Below are positions 38,973 through 48,399 of a DNA stretch of 64,000 nucleotides, piece after piece. Numbering within the stretch: position 1 is the first letter of the stretch; every line of letters begins with the position of its first letter. Where the stretch lies: positions 829 to 64,828 of the forward strand of contig CAYGOF010000011.1 in NCBI GenBank assembly GCA_964351395.1, in the 5' to 3' direction. This DNA is from an uncultured Roseivirgaceae bacterium. Its GTDB lineage: Bacteria > Bacteroidota > Bacteroidia > Cytophagales > Cyclobacteriaceae. Both the position numbers and the translations under genes were made by a program. The notes under the pieces were generated by a model. It was not told where the DNA came from. It saw nothing but the letters and a program-made list of their open reading frames with translations, and searched no databases.

Positions 38973-40655
38973 TCAGGTGTTTATATGAGTTTTAAAATAT
39001 TGAAAGAATAACTCGTTATTCTCTTTGTTTGTTTCTACTTCAAGAATTGCTCGATGTTTCTCCCCCATAAATGAAATTAGCTGACTATTGAAGTCAGATC
39101 CATTGCTTTTGAAATACCTGAAGTCGAATTCTTCGGCCATTCTCGAGGCGGTTCGTGGTTGATGTGTTTCGAATAGCTCTTCAAGTTCGGGTTGCTGCGA
39201 AGGTCCAGCAATAAGTCTGAAAATACCTCCTCCATGATTGTTAAGTAACAATATTTTGAAGTTGGAAGGCAGGTAATTGTGCCAAAATGCATTGATGTCG
39301 TAGAAGAATGATATGTCTCCCGTGATTAAATAGTTGGGGACAGCACTTGTGAGAGTAATGCCTACTGCTGTGCTGGAACTGCCATCAATGCCACTTGTGC
39401 CTCTGTTGGCATGAACCGCGATACTGCCTTGGTCCGGACTAAGTCCTACAAAATTGGCGTACCGAACAGGCATGCTGTTAGCCAGGTGTAATCTCGCTTC
39501 GCCCGAAATCCCTTTGATAAATCTATAAACTGCTTCAAATTCATTGAAGGGCTGCTTCTCGAAAATAGCATTGAAATTAGTCTTGATCCGGTCGTCAAAC
39601 TTTCTCCATGCATCAAGAAAGGCAGACTCTTTTGGAAGAAGTTCTTTTTCAAGCAGGGCAGTAAAGAAACGCTTTGGATCGGCTCTGATTATTTTTCTCA
39701 GCGATTGAGTAGGATCTGCCACATATGTTTTGGGTGCAATATGCCAATGGTTAGCGGGCTGATGCTTTCTTAAGTATAATTTTAGGTTTTTACTCACAAC
39801 TGACTGCCCAATCGTGATGAGCAGATCTGGTTTTAGTTCATCGCCTGCTATGGTCAGGAAAGCATCGGAATGCCTTATTGTGCCAGCAAAACCATGAGCA
39901 TTCGAAATGATATCACCAATCACAGGGATATTGAGTTTCAACGAAACGATAGAAAGTGCGTCGATGAGCTCTTTATTTACCTTTTGCTGGCCTATAACAA
40001 TGGCTACTTTTGGGGTTTGATTAAGTTCAGTTGCTAGCGCTAGTAGAGATTGACTGTCAATGTCACTATTGTGTCCTAGCTCATCAATCAATTTAATGTT
40101 TTTGCTGAAAATGAATTTCTCAGATTTTTCCGGATAAAAAGGTTCACGGAGCGGAATGTTGATATGGACTGGTCCGCCATTGTTGGCTTTCGTGTAATTA
40201 ATGGCTTCGCTGGTCATGCGATGAGCCGCCCAGAGAGCATCTTGATGCCCAAACGAGTCAGGGAAGGTGAATGACTTGTTGATGTGTGGTTCGAATATTT
40301 CTCTTTGCTGAATTGTTTGACCGTCCCATTGTTCCAGCCATTCAGGTGGCCGATCAGCTGTTAGTATCAATAGAGGAATGTTTCGATAGTAGGCCTCTGT
40401 AATAGCAGGGGCGTAATTGAGCACCGCTGTACCCGATGTGCAAATAAGTATTGTTGGTGTTTCTGAACGTTCGGCCATCCCAAGTGCAATAAATGCGGCC
40501 GACCTTTCGTCAGGAATCGTATAGATGTTGAAATCACCGTGTCTGTTGAAGGCCAATGTGAGCGGGGCACAACGAGAGCCTGGCGACATCACTACATTAC
40601 GAAGTCCTTTGAGATAACAGATGCTGGCAATATCATTGATTGCGTTTATGACCAT
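38973..40655 (-). CDS. menD: SEPHCHC synthase (2-succinyl-5-enolpyruvyl-6-hydroxy-3-cyclohexene-1-carboxylate synthase)
   Basis: 560-aa ThDP-dependent enzyme ([45 protein letters not shown]). Tightly packed between menF and menB. Confidence 0.9.
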   Translation of the reverse strand: MVINAINDIASICYLKGLRNVVMSPGSRCAPLTLAFNRHGDFNIYTIPDERSAAFIALGMAERSETPTILICTSGTAVLNYAPAITEAYYRNIPLLILTADRPPEWLEQWDGQTIQQREIFEPHINKSFTFPDSFGHQDALWAAHRMTSEAINYTKANNGGPVHINIPLREPFYPEKSEKFIFSKNIKLIDELGHNSDIDSQSLLALATELNQTPKVAIVIGQQKVNKELIDALSIVSLKLNIPVIGDIISNAHGFAGTIRHSDAFLTIAGDELKPDLLITIGQSVVSKNLKLYLRKHQPANHWHIAPKTYVADPTQSLRKIIRADPKRFFTALLEKELLPKESAFLDAWRKFDDRIKTNFNAIFEKQPFNEFEAVYRFIKGISGEARLHLANSMPVRYANFVGLSPDQGSIAVHANRGTSGIDGSSSTAVGITLTSAVPNYLITGDISFFYDINAFWHNYLPSNFKILLLNNHGGGIFRLIAGPSQQPELEELFETHQPRTASRMAEEFDFRYFKSNGSDFNSQLISFMGEKHRAILEVETNKENNELFFQYFKTHINT

Positions 40656-41954
40656 TTAAAATAGGCGCTTGAGGGTTTGAAACTTCAGTTCTGTTTCATC
40701 TAACTCCTTGTCTGCAACAGAGTCTTCAGTAACTCCAGCACCTGCAAAAAGTCTCGCTCTATCTGCGAGTAGCTTCATCGAACGTAAATTGACGTAAAGT
40801 TGAGTATTGCCTTCCATGTTGATTGGCCCAAGGTACCCCGAAAAAAACTCCCGATCATAGCCTTCATTTTCTTTTAGAAATTGGAGAGAAGGTTCAAGAG
40901 GCATCCCGCATACAGCGGAGGTTGGATGAAGTAGATCGAGCATCACACTCCCTAGTTGAGGGAAGTTAACAGCCTCCATATCGACTGAAAATTCAGTTTT
41001 CAAGTGAGCCATGTTCCCAGCCTTGATAGATTTTGGCCCCTTTTCTTCGTACTCGCGCAACCTGATCTTTTTGAAGCAATTGATAATATACCTTGTTACC
41101 AGTGCTTGCTCTTCGATCTCTTTTTGTGTCCATGCAACCTGCGAGAGGTCACCTGAGTCCGGAATCTTTTGGGTACCTGCGAGCGCAACAGTTTTAAACC
41201 ACCTTCGGTCAATAATGCTCAATAGAAGCTCTGGTGTGGCACCCATCCAGGCGCCAACTCCTGGTATGCCAAACACATAGACGAACGCATTTGGATAAGC
41301 TTTATGTAGCTTTTCGAATGCCGAAATGAAGTTCCAGCCTTCTGGATAGACAATTTCAGTGAACCTTGATGGTACTACCTTGCTAAAGGTGCCAGATTTA
41401 ATGTTTTCTATTGCTTTATGAACGATCCCGGTAAAGTTGGTACGAATGTCGGTATCTGCTAAGGTTGTTTCCGGAAAATAGGCGGAGAGATTTGTCGGTT
41501 CTATTTTCAAGCTTGCTGCCTTTGTAAAGTCTTCGACTTGTTCATTGCCTACACCAGGTGCGCTGCTAATTTGGAAGTAGTTGTCTTCATTGGACTGACA
41601 GAAAACAAGGTCTGCTTTGATTTTGATATTTTTGTTTCTCCCCTCATTTAGAAAAGGGCTCACAATAAAGCCAGGTATAGCGTCCTCCAGGTCAGTTTTG
41701 TCGTGCGATGGGGAATCACCCAAATCAACAACACCTTGTAGTTGCGTTTGCCCTTGTTTTTTCCAAAAAGCAAACGACTTTTTGCCATTAATAGCAGCCG
41801 AAATAATCTCCTCAACCTGAAGCTCTCTGATCGCTGTTGCCGTACTACTGCTCTCCTTCAAAAAAGTATTTGTTTGTGAATGGTTTCGAAATTTAGCACC
41901 GAATGAATTACCCGCAAAACAGCATGTGTAATTTAAAAGTTTAAAACGGGGCAT
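40656..41954 (-). CDS. menF: Isochorismate synthase
   Basis: Chorismate-binding C-terminal domain (LHPTSAVCGMP, REFFSGYLGP, RSMKL, AGAGVTEDS). The first ~30 codons look non-native, so an in-frame TTG at 41861 is an alternative start. Confidence 0.8.
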   Translation of the reverse strand: MPRFKLLNYTCCFAGNSFGAKFRNHSQTNTFLKESSSTATAIRELQVEEIISAAINGKKSFAFWKKQGQTQLQGVVDLGDSPSHDKTDLEDAIPGFIVSPFLNEGRNKNIKIKADLVFCQSNEDNYFQISSAPGVGNEQVEDFTKAASLKIEPTNLSAYFPETTLADTDIRTNFTGIVHKAIENIKSGTFSKVVPSRFTEIVYPEGWNFISAFEKLHKAYPNAFVYVFGIPGVGAWMGATPELLLSIIDRRWFKTVALAGTQKIPDSGDLSQVAWTQKEIEEQALVTRYIINCFKKIRLREYEEKGPKSIKAGNMAHLKTEFSVDMEAVNFPQLGSVMLDLLHPTSAVCGMPLEPSLQFLKENEGYDREFFSGYLGPINMEGNTQLYVNLRSMKLLADRARLFAGAGVTEDSVADKELDETELKFQTLKRLF

Positions 41955-42001
41955 ATTTGTTGTTTACTTGTAGTTTTGTGACTCATCTGACTACAGGCGG
42001 C

Positions 42002-42625
42002 GTGAAGCAATTATACATCGTTAGGCATGGGGAAACCCAGTTTAACCGAGAGAAGAAAGTGCAGGGCAGGGGAGTTGATGCCCCCTTAAATAAAACCGGT
42101 TTACAGCAAGCAAAGGCATTTTTTGAGCGCTATCACCAGGAGAATTTTGATAAAGTTTATGTGTCGTCTTTGGTTCGCACTTTTCAATCTGTTGAGGGCT
42201 TTATTCAATCAGGAATACCTCATGAGAAACTTGAGGGCCTTGATGAAATTAGCTGGGGCAATAAGGAAGGATTGCCATTTGAGCCTGAAATGCACAGTCA
42301 TTACACATCAACCCTTGCAAGTTGGCAAGCTGGCGAACTAGACAATCGAATAGAAGGTGGCGAGTCGCCGAACGAAGTAATGGAGCGGCAAAGAAAAGCA
42401 ATGGATTACATTTTGGGCAAGGAGAATGAGTCGAAGGTGTTAATTTGTATGCATGGCCGTGCTATTCGAATTCTCGTTTGCTGGATGCTTGGTTACCCAC
42501 TTCACCTAATGGAAAACTTTGGGCATTCAAACCTGGGGCTCTATACTTTTAATTATTCTGACGGTAGGATGGCCATGACAGCAGCCAATGAGGTGAGCCA
42601 CCTGGAAGGGGTTGAGTTACTTTAG
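42002..42625 (+). CDS. Histidine phosphatase family protein (phosphoglycerate-mutase-like)
   Basis: LYIVRHGETQFN catalytic motif directly after a GTG at 42002, plus a later CMHGRAIR motif. The ORF track starts at an upstream TTG (41957), which would leave no intergenic space to menF. Confidence 0.8.
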   Translation: MKQLYIVRHGETQFNREKKVQGRGVDAPLNKTGLQQAKAFFERYHQENFDKVYVSSLVRTFQSVEGFIQSGIPHEKLEGLDEISWGNKEGLPFEPEMHSHYTSTLASWQAGELDNRIEGGESPNEVMERQRKAMDYILGKENESKVLICMHGRAIRILVCWMLGYPLHLMENFGHSNLGLYTFNYSDGRMAMTAANEVSHLEGVELL

Positions 42626-44176
42626 ACCCATCTGTCTCAATTCAAGATCAGCTTTGGAATCGATACTTGATTTATAAGGATGATTGTCAAATTCTTTGGC
42701 CTTTTTGAAATAAACTACAGCTTCTGAATTCATCCCTTTGCCTTTATAAATTATGCCTAGCTGAAGAGCGGCATTGGCTCCTATGTACCATGGTTGCTGA
42801 TCCGCTATAGACAGCGCTCTTTCATAGTCTGTATTGGCTTCATTGAAGTTCTTCTCGAGATGGGAGAGTCTTGCTTTCCGGTAGTAATATTCAGATGACC
42901 ACCTGGCTGTTAATTTTTCAGGGTCATTTATTGATTGCAACGCTTCTTGGGCGCTGTCCCAGTAGCCGCCGTCAGTCAATAGTCGTGCTTTTAACAAACC
43001 TGCCGGGTACGTTGAAAGTTCGCTAAGTAGCACCTCAGCATTTTTATCTGGCTCAGTGACAGCCTGCTCATGGTTACTTGCTTTTTCCTTCCATAACTCG
43101 GCCTTAGATGTATTTCCTTCCAACTGGTAGCATACAGCGATCTTGGTAAAAGCATCTTTTTTGAAACCTTTGCCTTTATAGGTGTCTATGAAGCGTTGAT
43201 AATTATTTTTTGCCAGGCCAAAGCTACCCCGCTGAAGGTATACATCTCCCATCAAATAGTAGATGTTCGGAAGACGATCCATTTCTTCTCTCTTCAATTT
43301 TTCAAGGATACTGATGGCTGAGTCGCCTTGATGAGCTTTGTTCATTGACGTGGCCAGCATGAATTTTGCCAAAAGACTTTCCGGATGCTTTTTAAGAACT
43401 TTCGTAAAGCAATCAATAGCATCGTGTGGAGATTGCAGCGGGTATGCATACAGGTATCCTAGTATGATCAGTGCTTCATCATGCATAGGTCCTTCGCTTT
43501 CTGATAATTTGGTGAGCTCCGTAATGCCGGTTTCTGCATCACCCTTGAACCCGGCAAGGTTAATGGCCCATTTGTATTTATCGGGTGTAAGGCCAATGAG
43601 AATATTGACTATCCCTTTGGGTTTAAGAAAAGGTAAAATCTGACCGTCAAGCTTTGCAAAATCAGTCATTTGTTTTTGTGCTTGCCAAAGTGCGTACAGG
43701 CCTGAAAGGTAGTCGCCAAACCTGATTTTGAAAAGCGCCTCCTGCAGTTTAAGGTCTGCCAGGTAGAAAGCTTTTTCAGCATCTCCATTAGGTAGCCGTT
43801 CGATCCATTCAGTTCGTTGTTCACGGGCTTCAAGGTACTTTTGGTAGACAGTGTAGTCTTCGCTGTAAACCATCCGCATGAAGTCGCCTAAATTAAGAAG
43901 ATAAGCCTTTACTGGTGAGTCAGGAAGCTTGTTTAAAACACTTTCAGCTTCGTTTAACTTGTATTGCAGGATGAGTTCGTGGGCCTGACTGATGGGACGT
44001 GACCAGTTTAGTCCATCAGCTTGGGAAAAACAGGAGAGTGGAATCGAAACAAACAAAAACAGGTGAGCCAAAAGACTCACCTGCTTGTATACTATAGACG
44101 GCAACCAAAAGGAATTACTTCCTTGTTCTCTTTGTGGTTTTGCCTTTTGTGTCTTCTTCTTCAATTTCATCATCAA
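42617..44176 (-). CDS. TPR-repeat protein (start uncertain)
   Basis: 519-aa ORF with multiple TPR-like helical repeats (for example AVVYFKKAKEFDNHPY). The 5' end overlaps the upstream gene by 62 nt and contains a terminator-like hairpin. Confidence 0.7.
   Translation of the reverse strand: MMMKLKKKTQKAKPQREQGSNSFWLPSIVYKQVSLLAHLFLFVSIPLSCFSQADGLNWSRPISQAHELILQYKLNEAESVLNKLPDSPVKAYLLNLGDFMRMVYSEDYTVYQKYLEAREQRTEWIERLPNGDAEKAFYLADLKLQEALFKIRFGDYLSGLYALWQAQKQMTDFAKLDGQILPFLKPKGIVNILIGLTPDKYKWAINLAGFKGDAETGITELTKLSESEGPMHDEALIILGYLYAYPLQSPHDAIDCFTKVLKKHPESLLAKFMLATSMNKAHQGDSAISILEKLKREEMDRLPNIYYLMGDVYLQRGSFGLAKNNYQRFIDTYKGKGFKKDAFTKIAVCYQLEGNTSKAELWKEKASNHEQAVTEPDKNAEVLLSELSTYPAGLLKARLLTDGGYWDSAQEALQSINDPEKLTARWSSEYYYRKARLSHLEKNFNEANTDYERALSIADQQPWYIGANAALQLGIIYKGKGMNSEAVVYFKKAKEFDNHPYKSSIDSKADLELRQMGLK
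44047..44083 (-). terminator. Rho-independent terminator-like hairpin downstream of the zinc-ribbon gene
   Basis: On the - strand, CAGGTGAG-TCTTTTGG-CTCACCTG (perfect 8-bp stem) is followed by TTTTTGTTTGTTT. Located 32 nt after the stop at 44115. Lies inside the annotated 5' end of the TPR ORF. Confidence 0.6.
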
Positions 44177-44888
44177 CGCCTGCTAATATACGTCCACAGT
44201 GCTCACAAACGATGAGTTTTTTCTTCTCTCTGATGTCAGCTTGTCTCTGCGGAGGCACAATATTAAAGCATCCACCGCAAGCACCTCTTTTAACAGGTAC
44301 AACAGCAAGTCCATTAACAGCATTGGCTCTTGTCTTGTCGTAGCCTTTCAACAAGCGATCTTCAATTTTTGCTGCAGCTGTTTCACGCTTTTTGTTGAGT
44401 GCTTTTTCTTCGTCTTCGCTTTCTTTTACGATGACTTCAAGCTCTTTCTTTTTGCTTTCAAGGTCCTTGCTACGCTCGGAAAGAACGTCTTTGGTTCCTT
44501 GGATTTCTACTTTCTTGCTCTCAATTCTTGCATAAGCTTCTTTAATTCTCTTTTCAAGAATTTGTATTTCAAGCTGTTGCAATTCGATCTCCTTAGTAAT
44601 CGCGTCGTACTCCCGATTGTTACGGACGTTCATTTGCTGCTCACCATATTTCTTGATAAGCTTCTCTGCGTCCTTAATTGCTGTCTTGTTATCAGAAATC
44701 GAGGTCTCAAGCTCTTCCAGGTCCTGGTTGAACTTTTGAACTCTTGTTTCATATCCGGCAATTTCGTCCTCAAGGTCCATCACTTCTTCAGGAAGTGCAC
44801 CCCTGATTTTCTTTATTTCGTCGAGGTTTGAATCAATTTCTTGGAGCTTGCTGAGCGATTCTAATTTTTGTACTACGGTGCTTTCCAT
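44115..44888 (-). CDS. Coiled-coil zinc-ribbon protein (COG1579-type, usual partner of Nif3)
   Basis: Long coiled coil followed by a C4 zinc ribbon (CGGCFNIVPPQ ... CEHCGRIL). Immediately downstream of a Nif3-like gene, which is the conserved pairing. Confidence 0.8.
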   Translation of the reverse strand: MESTVVQKLESLSKLQEIDSNLDEIKKIRGALPEEVMDLEDEIAGYETRVQKFNQDLEELETSISDNKTAIKDAEKLIKKYGEQQMNVRNNREYDAITKEIELQQLEIQILEKRIKEAYARIESKKVEIQGTKDVLSERSKDLESKKKELEVIVKESEDEEKALNKKRETAAAKIEDRLLKGYDKTRANAVNGLAVVPVKRGACGGCFNIVPPQRQADIREKKKLIVCEHCGRILAGVDDEIEEEDTKGKTTKRTRK

Positions 44889-44894
44889 TCAGTT

Positions 44895-46004
44895 CTATAA
44901 GTAATATCTGACGGGGTTTGTGTTTGCCTTAGACAAACGGAGTGCAATATTAGTGAATTTTTGATTTAATTTCCTATGAAGCAGCTTTTTTGTAGAAACC
45001 TCACTTTCATAATGCCCAATATCGGCAATAAGTAGCTGCCCTTCAGCATCAAAAAATTCATGATACTTGAAGTCGGAGGTAACGAAAGCGTCAGCTCCTT
45101 GCCATTTGGCACTTTCCAATAGAAAACTTCCAGAACCGCCGCAGATGGCTACTTTGCTTATTTTTTTCTTAACTGGCGTATACTTTATCACCTGAAGGTC
45201 AAATGCTTTTTTAAGGTGTTCAAGGAATTGACTTTCGCTCATCGGTGCTGGCAGATGGCCTATCATTCCGGAGCCAACTTCCTGGTTGTGGTTATTGAGA
45301 CTCGTCAAATAGTAGGCGACTTCTTCATACGGATGGGCTTTCTTTAATGTTGAAACAATAACCTGGCTTAAGTACGAAGGGAAAATAAGTTCCAAACGAT
45401 CTTCCTGCACCCTTTCCATTTTATTAGGTTCACCTATATGTGGAGTGGATTTATTGTTTGGCTGGAAGCTGCCCGTGCCTGTAACGCTAAAACTACAATT
45501 TTGGTAATTGCCTAGTTGACCAGCACCAGCAGCATGAAGTGAAGCCAACACTTTTTCAGTATCCTCCATGGGGCAGAAAGTGACAATCTTAGAGAGAAGT
45601 TCTGACTTTGGCTGCAAAATCTTTATTTGATTAAGTCCCATGATTTGGGCTATTTCAGCATTCACACCTTCCAGCACGTTGTCCAGGTTGGTATGAATGG
45701 CATAAATGGCAATATCGTTTTTTATCGCTTTGATGACTGTTCGCTCAACATAATTGGCGCCAGTTAGTTTTTTCATTCCCTTGAACACGATAGGGTGATG
45801 GGCTACAATCAGGTTGCAGTCGTTGTTTAACGCTTCGTCGACGATCTCCTCTGTAGCATCTAAAGTAATAAGGACCCCTTTTACTATTTCGTTGGCGTTC
45901 CCAACGATTAATCCTGAGTTGTCATAACTCTCCTGATAGGCCTTTGGTGCCAAAGACTCCAGGTAAAAGATAATGTCACTGATTTTGACTTGCTCTGTGT
46001 TCAT
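44895..46004 (-). CDS. Nif3-like dinuclear metal centre protein (GTP cyclohydrolase 1 type 2 homologue)
   Basis: 369 aa. N-terminal YQESYDNSGL, LIVAHHPIVFKG and AIYAIHTNLD motifs. The C-terminal half carries GGSG and ADIGHYESE. Confidence 0.9.
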   Translation of the reverse strand: MNTEQVKISDIIFYLESLAPKAYQESYDNSGLIVGNANEIVKGVLITLDATEEIVDEALNNDCNLIVAHHPIVFKGMKKLTGANYVERTVIKAIKNDIAIYAIHTNLDNVLEGVNAEIAQIMGLNQIKILQPKSELLSKIVTFCPMEDTEKVLASLHAAGAGQLGNYQNCSFSVTGTGSFQPNNKSTPHIGEPNKMERVQEDRLELIFPSYLSQVIVSTLKKAHPYEEVAYYLTSLNNHNQEVGSGMIGHLPAPMSESQFLEHLKKAFDLQVIKYTPVKKKISKVAICGGSGSFLLESAKWQGADAFVTSDFKYHEFFDAEGQLLIADIGHYESEVSTKKLLHRKLNQKFTNIALRLSKANTNPVRYYL

Positions 46005-46020
46005 TTCATACCGCTTACCG

Positions 46021-46036
46021 CAAGTATACTATCTTT
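46021..46036 (+). repeat. Left copy of a perfect 16-bp direct repeat CAAGTATACTATCTTT
   Basis: Identical 16-mer at 48362-48377. It contains the 8-bp palindrome AGTATACT. Located 17 nt upstream of the Nif3 start codon. Confidence 0.9.
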
Positions 46037-46118
46037 CAATCCACTATACAATTTGGCCATTGTTTTTGGTGACAGCGAAGTCACTTCTTCGCAATGTTCT
46101 TTAGCGCTGATATTGACA

Positions 46119-46156
46119 TAGAACGGCCTGTGCTAAATTCTGCACAGGCCGTTCTA
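46119..46156 (-). terminator. Perfect 15-bp-stem hairpin downstream of the amine oxidase gene (no U-tract)
   Basis: TAGAACGGCCTGTGC (46119-46133) pairs with GCACAGGCCGTTCTA (46142-46156). Located 24 nt past the stop at 46180. Confidence 0.5.
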
Positions 46157-46179
46157 AATCAGTATTGTTTAAGGTCTAC

Positions 46180-48183
46180 TTATTCAGAGCCTTTGTTAGC
46201 CGGTGCAATGTATTCAGGCATTCCCATGACTGGATTTGATGCCATGAAGCCAAAGGGCATGAGTGTCATTGAGACGGTGTGCTGGTTCATAATGGGCCAT
46301 TCTTCAGGGCGCACAATATGGGTGACTCCTGCAACGTACCAAACCACCAAATCCTGGTCTACCAAACTTCTGTTTTGCTTTGTCCAAGCCGGAAGCCCCT
46401 CTGCTTTTTGATTGCTAGCAGGGTAGTCGCCTGCAGGATACAACTCTTCTGCCTTGTAGGGTGTGGTCCAAAAGTGATGATATAAACACTCTGCTCTATT
46501 AAACAGCGAAGACCCTTTTTCCGCCAGCGGAGTGATGCCACCACTCGGCATAAGCATGTAAGATGACTGATTGCCAAGTTTGTTTTTTACATGATGGTTC
46601 ATAATCATCCAGCTTCTGTTGGTCGAGGCATTGGCATTTCTTTGCGCCTCGCTTTCTGTTTTAAACATGTCCATTGTCGCTATCAGAGAGTTGCCGTAGG
46701 GATTTTCAGGCCCCTTCGGAACTGACACGTTGTTCATTTCTGCTACCGAGTTTTTTTGGCCATCCACGTCCATATCTAGTCGATAGACAAAGAAATGCTG
46801 ATGATTATTGGCTTCTACATGGGGTTCTACGATGGTGCCAAAATAGCTGCCATTATATGACTCGTCGGCTGCGCCAGGTTCATTTTTTTCTCTTATAACA
46901 CCCCTGATATGGGCAATGCCATTTAACTCGGTCTCAATTTTTATGACACCATCTTCCTTAAATATCCACTTGAACCCATAGTCGTAGTTGCCAGCAGTGA
47001 TATAGTACTTGATGGCCAGGTTGGTAGCTCTTCTAGAGTATTTTTGATGCCGCCAAAGAACACCACCATATTCTTCGAAAACGGCCACAGCGTTTTCAGA
47101 GAAAATAGGGCTGCCGTAGTCGTTGTGTAGAGTAGCCGGTAAATAGGTGGCGTTTTCTGGAGCATCGGCACCAATGGTTAGTGGCCGGGCTTCTTTCTGA
47201 AAAAGCCGAAATTCACCTGCATCGAAATAGTTATTGGAAGCGTTTAAAAGATCCGGAGACCCGTAGTTCACAATCATTTCTGCCAAACCGCCTCTGTACA
47301 TAATATAACGCCATTTTTTTTGCGCATTGTCAAAATACTGGACATCGTAAATCACTAATCCTTCTCTGTTGTGAATAGCGAATCTAAACTTCCAAAAGGG
47401 AGAGATGATTTGATTGCCTTCTATGCGATAATTGGTGCCTTCAGGTTGGGTGATAAGAACTGGTTTAGGTGCATCGAGCGTAGGCTTAATTGAATCACCG
47501 TTGAAATAATTGACAGCCACTGGATCTGACCAGCCTTTACCCTCGTCAATGACCTTTAATACTTTTTTCTCGGTAAGGTCAACATAGGCGTAAATGCCTG
47601 AAATGGGTAGCCTTGTGAATTTCTTGTTCTTATAAGCAGGAGAAACAATCGTTTCGCGGTGACCAAGTGGCGCAAGGCCCAGATCAGCAGCGAAATTTCC
47701 GAAACTGGCTTTAACAGAATCGGGATGGATGCCCCTCTTTTCCAGTGCTGCAATCCATTCTTTGTTGGTAGCGACAATATCCGAAGCGATTGAATCTCCT
47801 TTGAAACTGCCAATTGGTTGCTTGCCTTTTACTTCTTCAAATGATAAAAGACTTCCAGCTTTGAGGTCTATGATCGCCTTGGATAGCCTGCCTGCCGGGT
47901 AGTCGTAAACCAGGGCATAAGCTTCTCGTCTGAATGGCTTTCCTGCCACATAGGCTAAAACTTCCGTTTTTGGGGGCTCATTTAGGTTGATGAGACTAAA
48001 AAGACTACTACTATCATTTCTTACTTTGTTTTCTTTCAATAAAACCTGTTTTACGAGCTTGATCTCATTGGAATCGAGTGGGTCCAGTGGGTGCATGTAT
48101 TTGGAAATGGTTTCCTGAGCACTTGCGTCAGTGAAGGCTGCCCCTAAGCAAAAAAGGAGTAGTGCGATTAGATACTTTTTCAT
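46180..48183 (-). CDS. tynA: Copper-containing primary amine oxidase (TPQ cofactor)
   Basis: 667 aa with a signal peptide. TPQ precursor motif NYDY (ITAGNYDYGF). Copper ligand HxH (NNHQHFF). Conserved C-terminal HIVRPEEWP-type segment. Confidence 0.9.
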   Translation of the reverse strand: MKKYLIALLLFCLGAAFTDASAQETISKYMHPLDPLDSNEIKLVKQVLLKENKVRNDSSSLFSLINLNEPPKTEVLAYVAGKPFRREAYALVYDYPAGRLSKAIIDLKAGSLLSFEEVKGKQPIGSFKGDSIASDIVATNKEWIAALEKRGIHPDSVKASFGNFAADLGLAPLGHRETIVSPAYKNKKFTRLPISGIYAYVDLTEKKVLKVIDEGKGWSDPVAVNYFNGDSIKPTLDAPKPVLITQPEGTNYRIEGNQIISPFWKFRFAIHNREGLVIYDVQYFDNAQKKWRYIMYRGGLAEMIVNYGSPDLLNASNNYFDAGEFRLFQKEARPLTIGADAPENATYLPATLHNDYGSPIFSENAVAVFEEYGGVLWRHQKYSRRATNLAIKYYITAGNYDYGFKWIFKEDGVIKIETELNGIAHIRGVIREKNEPGAADESYNGSYFGTIVEPHVEANNHQHFFVYRLDMDVDGQKNSVAEMNNVSVPKGPENPYGNSLIATMDMFKTESEAQRNANASTNRSWMIMNHHVKNKLGNQSSYMLMPSGGITPLAEKGSSLFNRAECLYHHFWTTPYKAEELYPAGDYPASNQKAEGLPAWTKQNRSLVDQDLVVWYVAGVTHIVRPEEWPIMNQHTVSMTLMPFGFMASNPVMGMPEYIAPANKGSE

Positions 48184-48361
48184 GGAAGGTTGGTTTTGAT
48201 TGTTTTTGAACGACTTAGAATTTGGCTTTATATTATCTTTTCACTTAAGGTAGAAAGAAATTTTCATCGGAAGTTTAAGAAAAAAATAGTGAAAGGTGTT
48301 TTGAGTTGATAAAAATAGCATCTACCGTATTTCTTTTGGCGGTCTTTGGTTACACCCAACA

Positions 48362-48377
48362 CAAGTATACTATCTTT
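48362..48377 (+). repeat. Right copy of the perfect 16-bp direct repeat CAAGTATACTATCTTT
   Basis: Identical to 46021-46036. It ends 22 nt upstream of the lpxK ATG and includes a -7-box-like TATCTTTA. Confidence 0.9.
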
Positions 48378-48399
48378 AGGCGCACAATACTATTGAGAG

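Noticed and set aside
41862-41954. First ~31 codons of the menF ORF (MPRFKLLNYTCCFAGNSFGAKFRNH...)
   Set aside because: The sequence is unlike isochorismate synthase N-termini, and it would leave almost no promoter space to the divergent phosphatase gene. It is probably 5' UTR. I kept the long coordinates in the feature table but flagged the alternative TTG start at 41861.
44199-44831. 210-aa ORF antisense to the zinc-ribbon/coiled-coil gene
   Set aside because: It is the mirror image of a Lys/Glu-rich coiled-coil coding region. The translation is low-complexity (Phe/Leu/Asn-rich), and the sense-strand gene has clear motifs and conserved synteny with Nif3.
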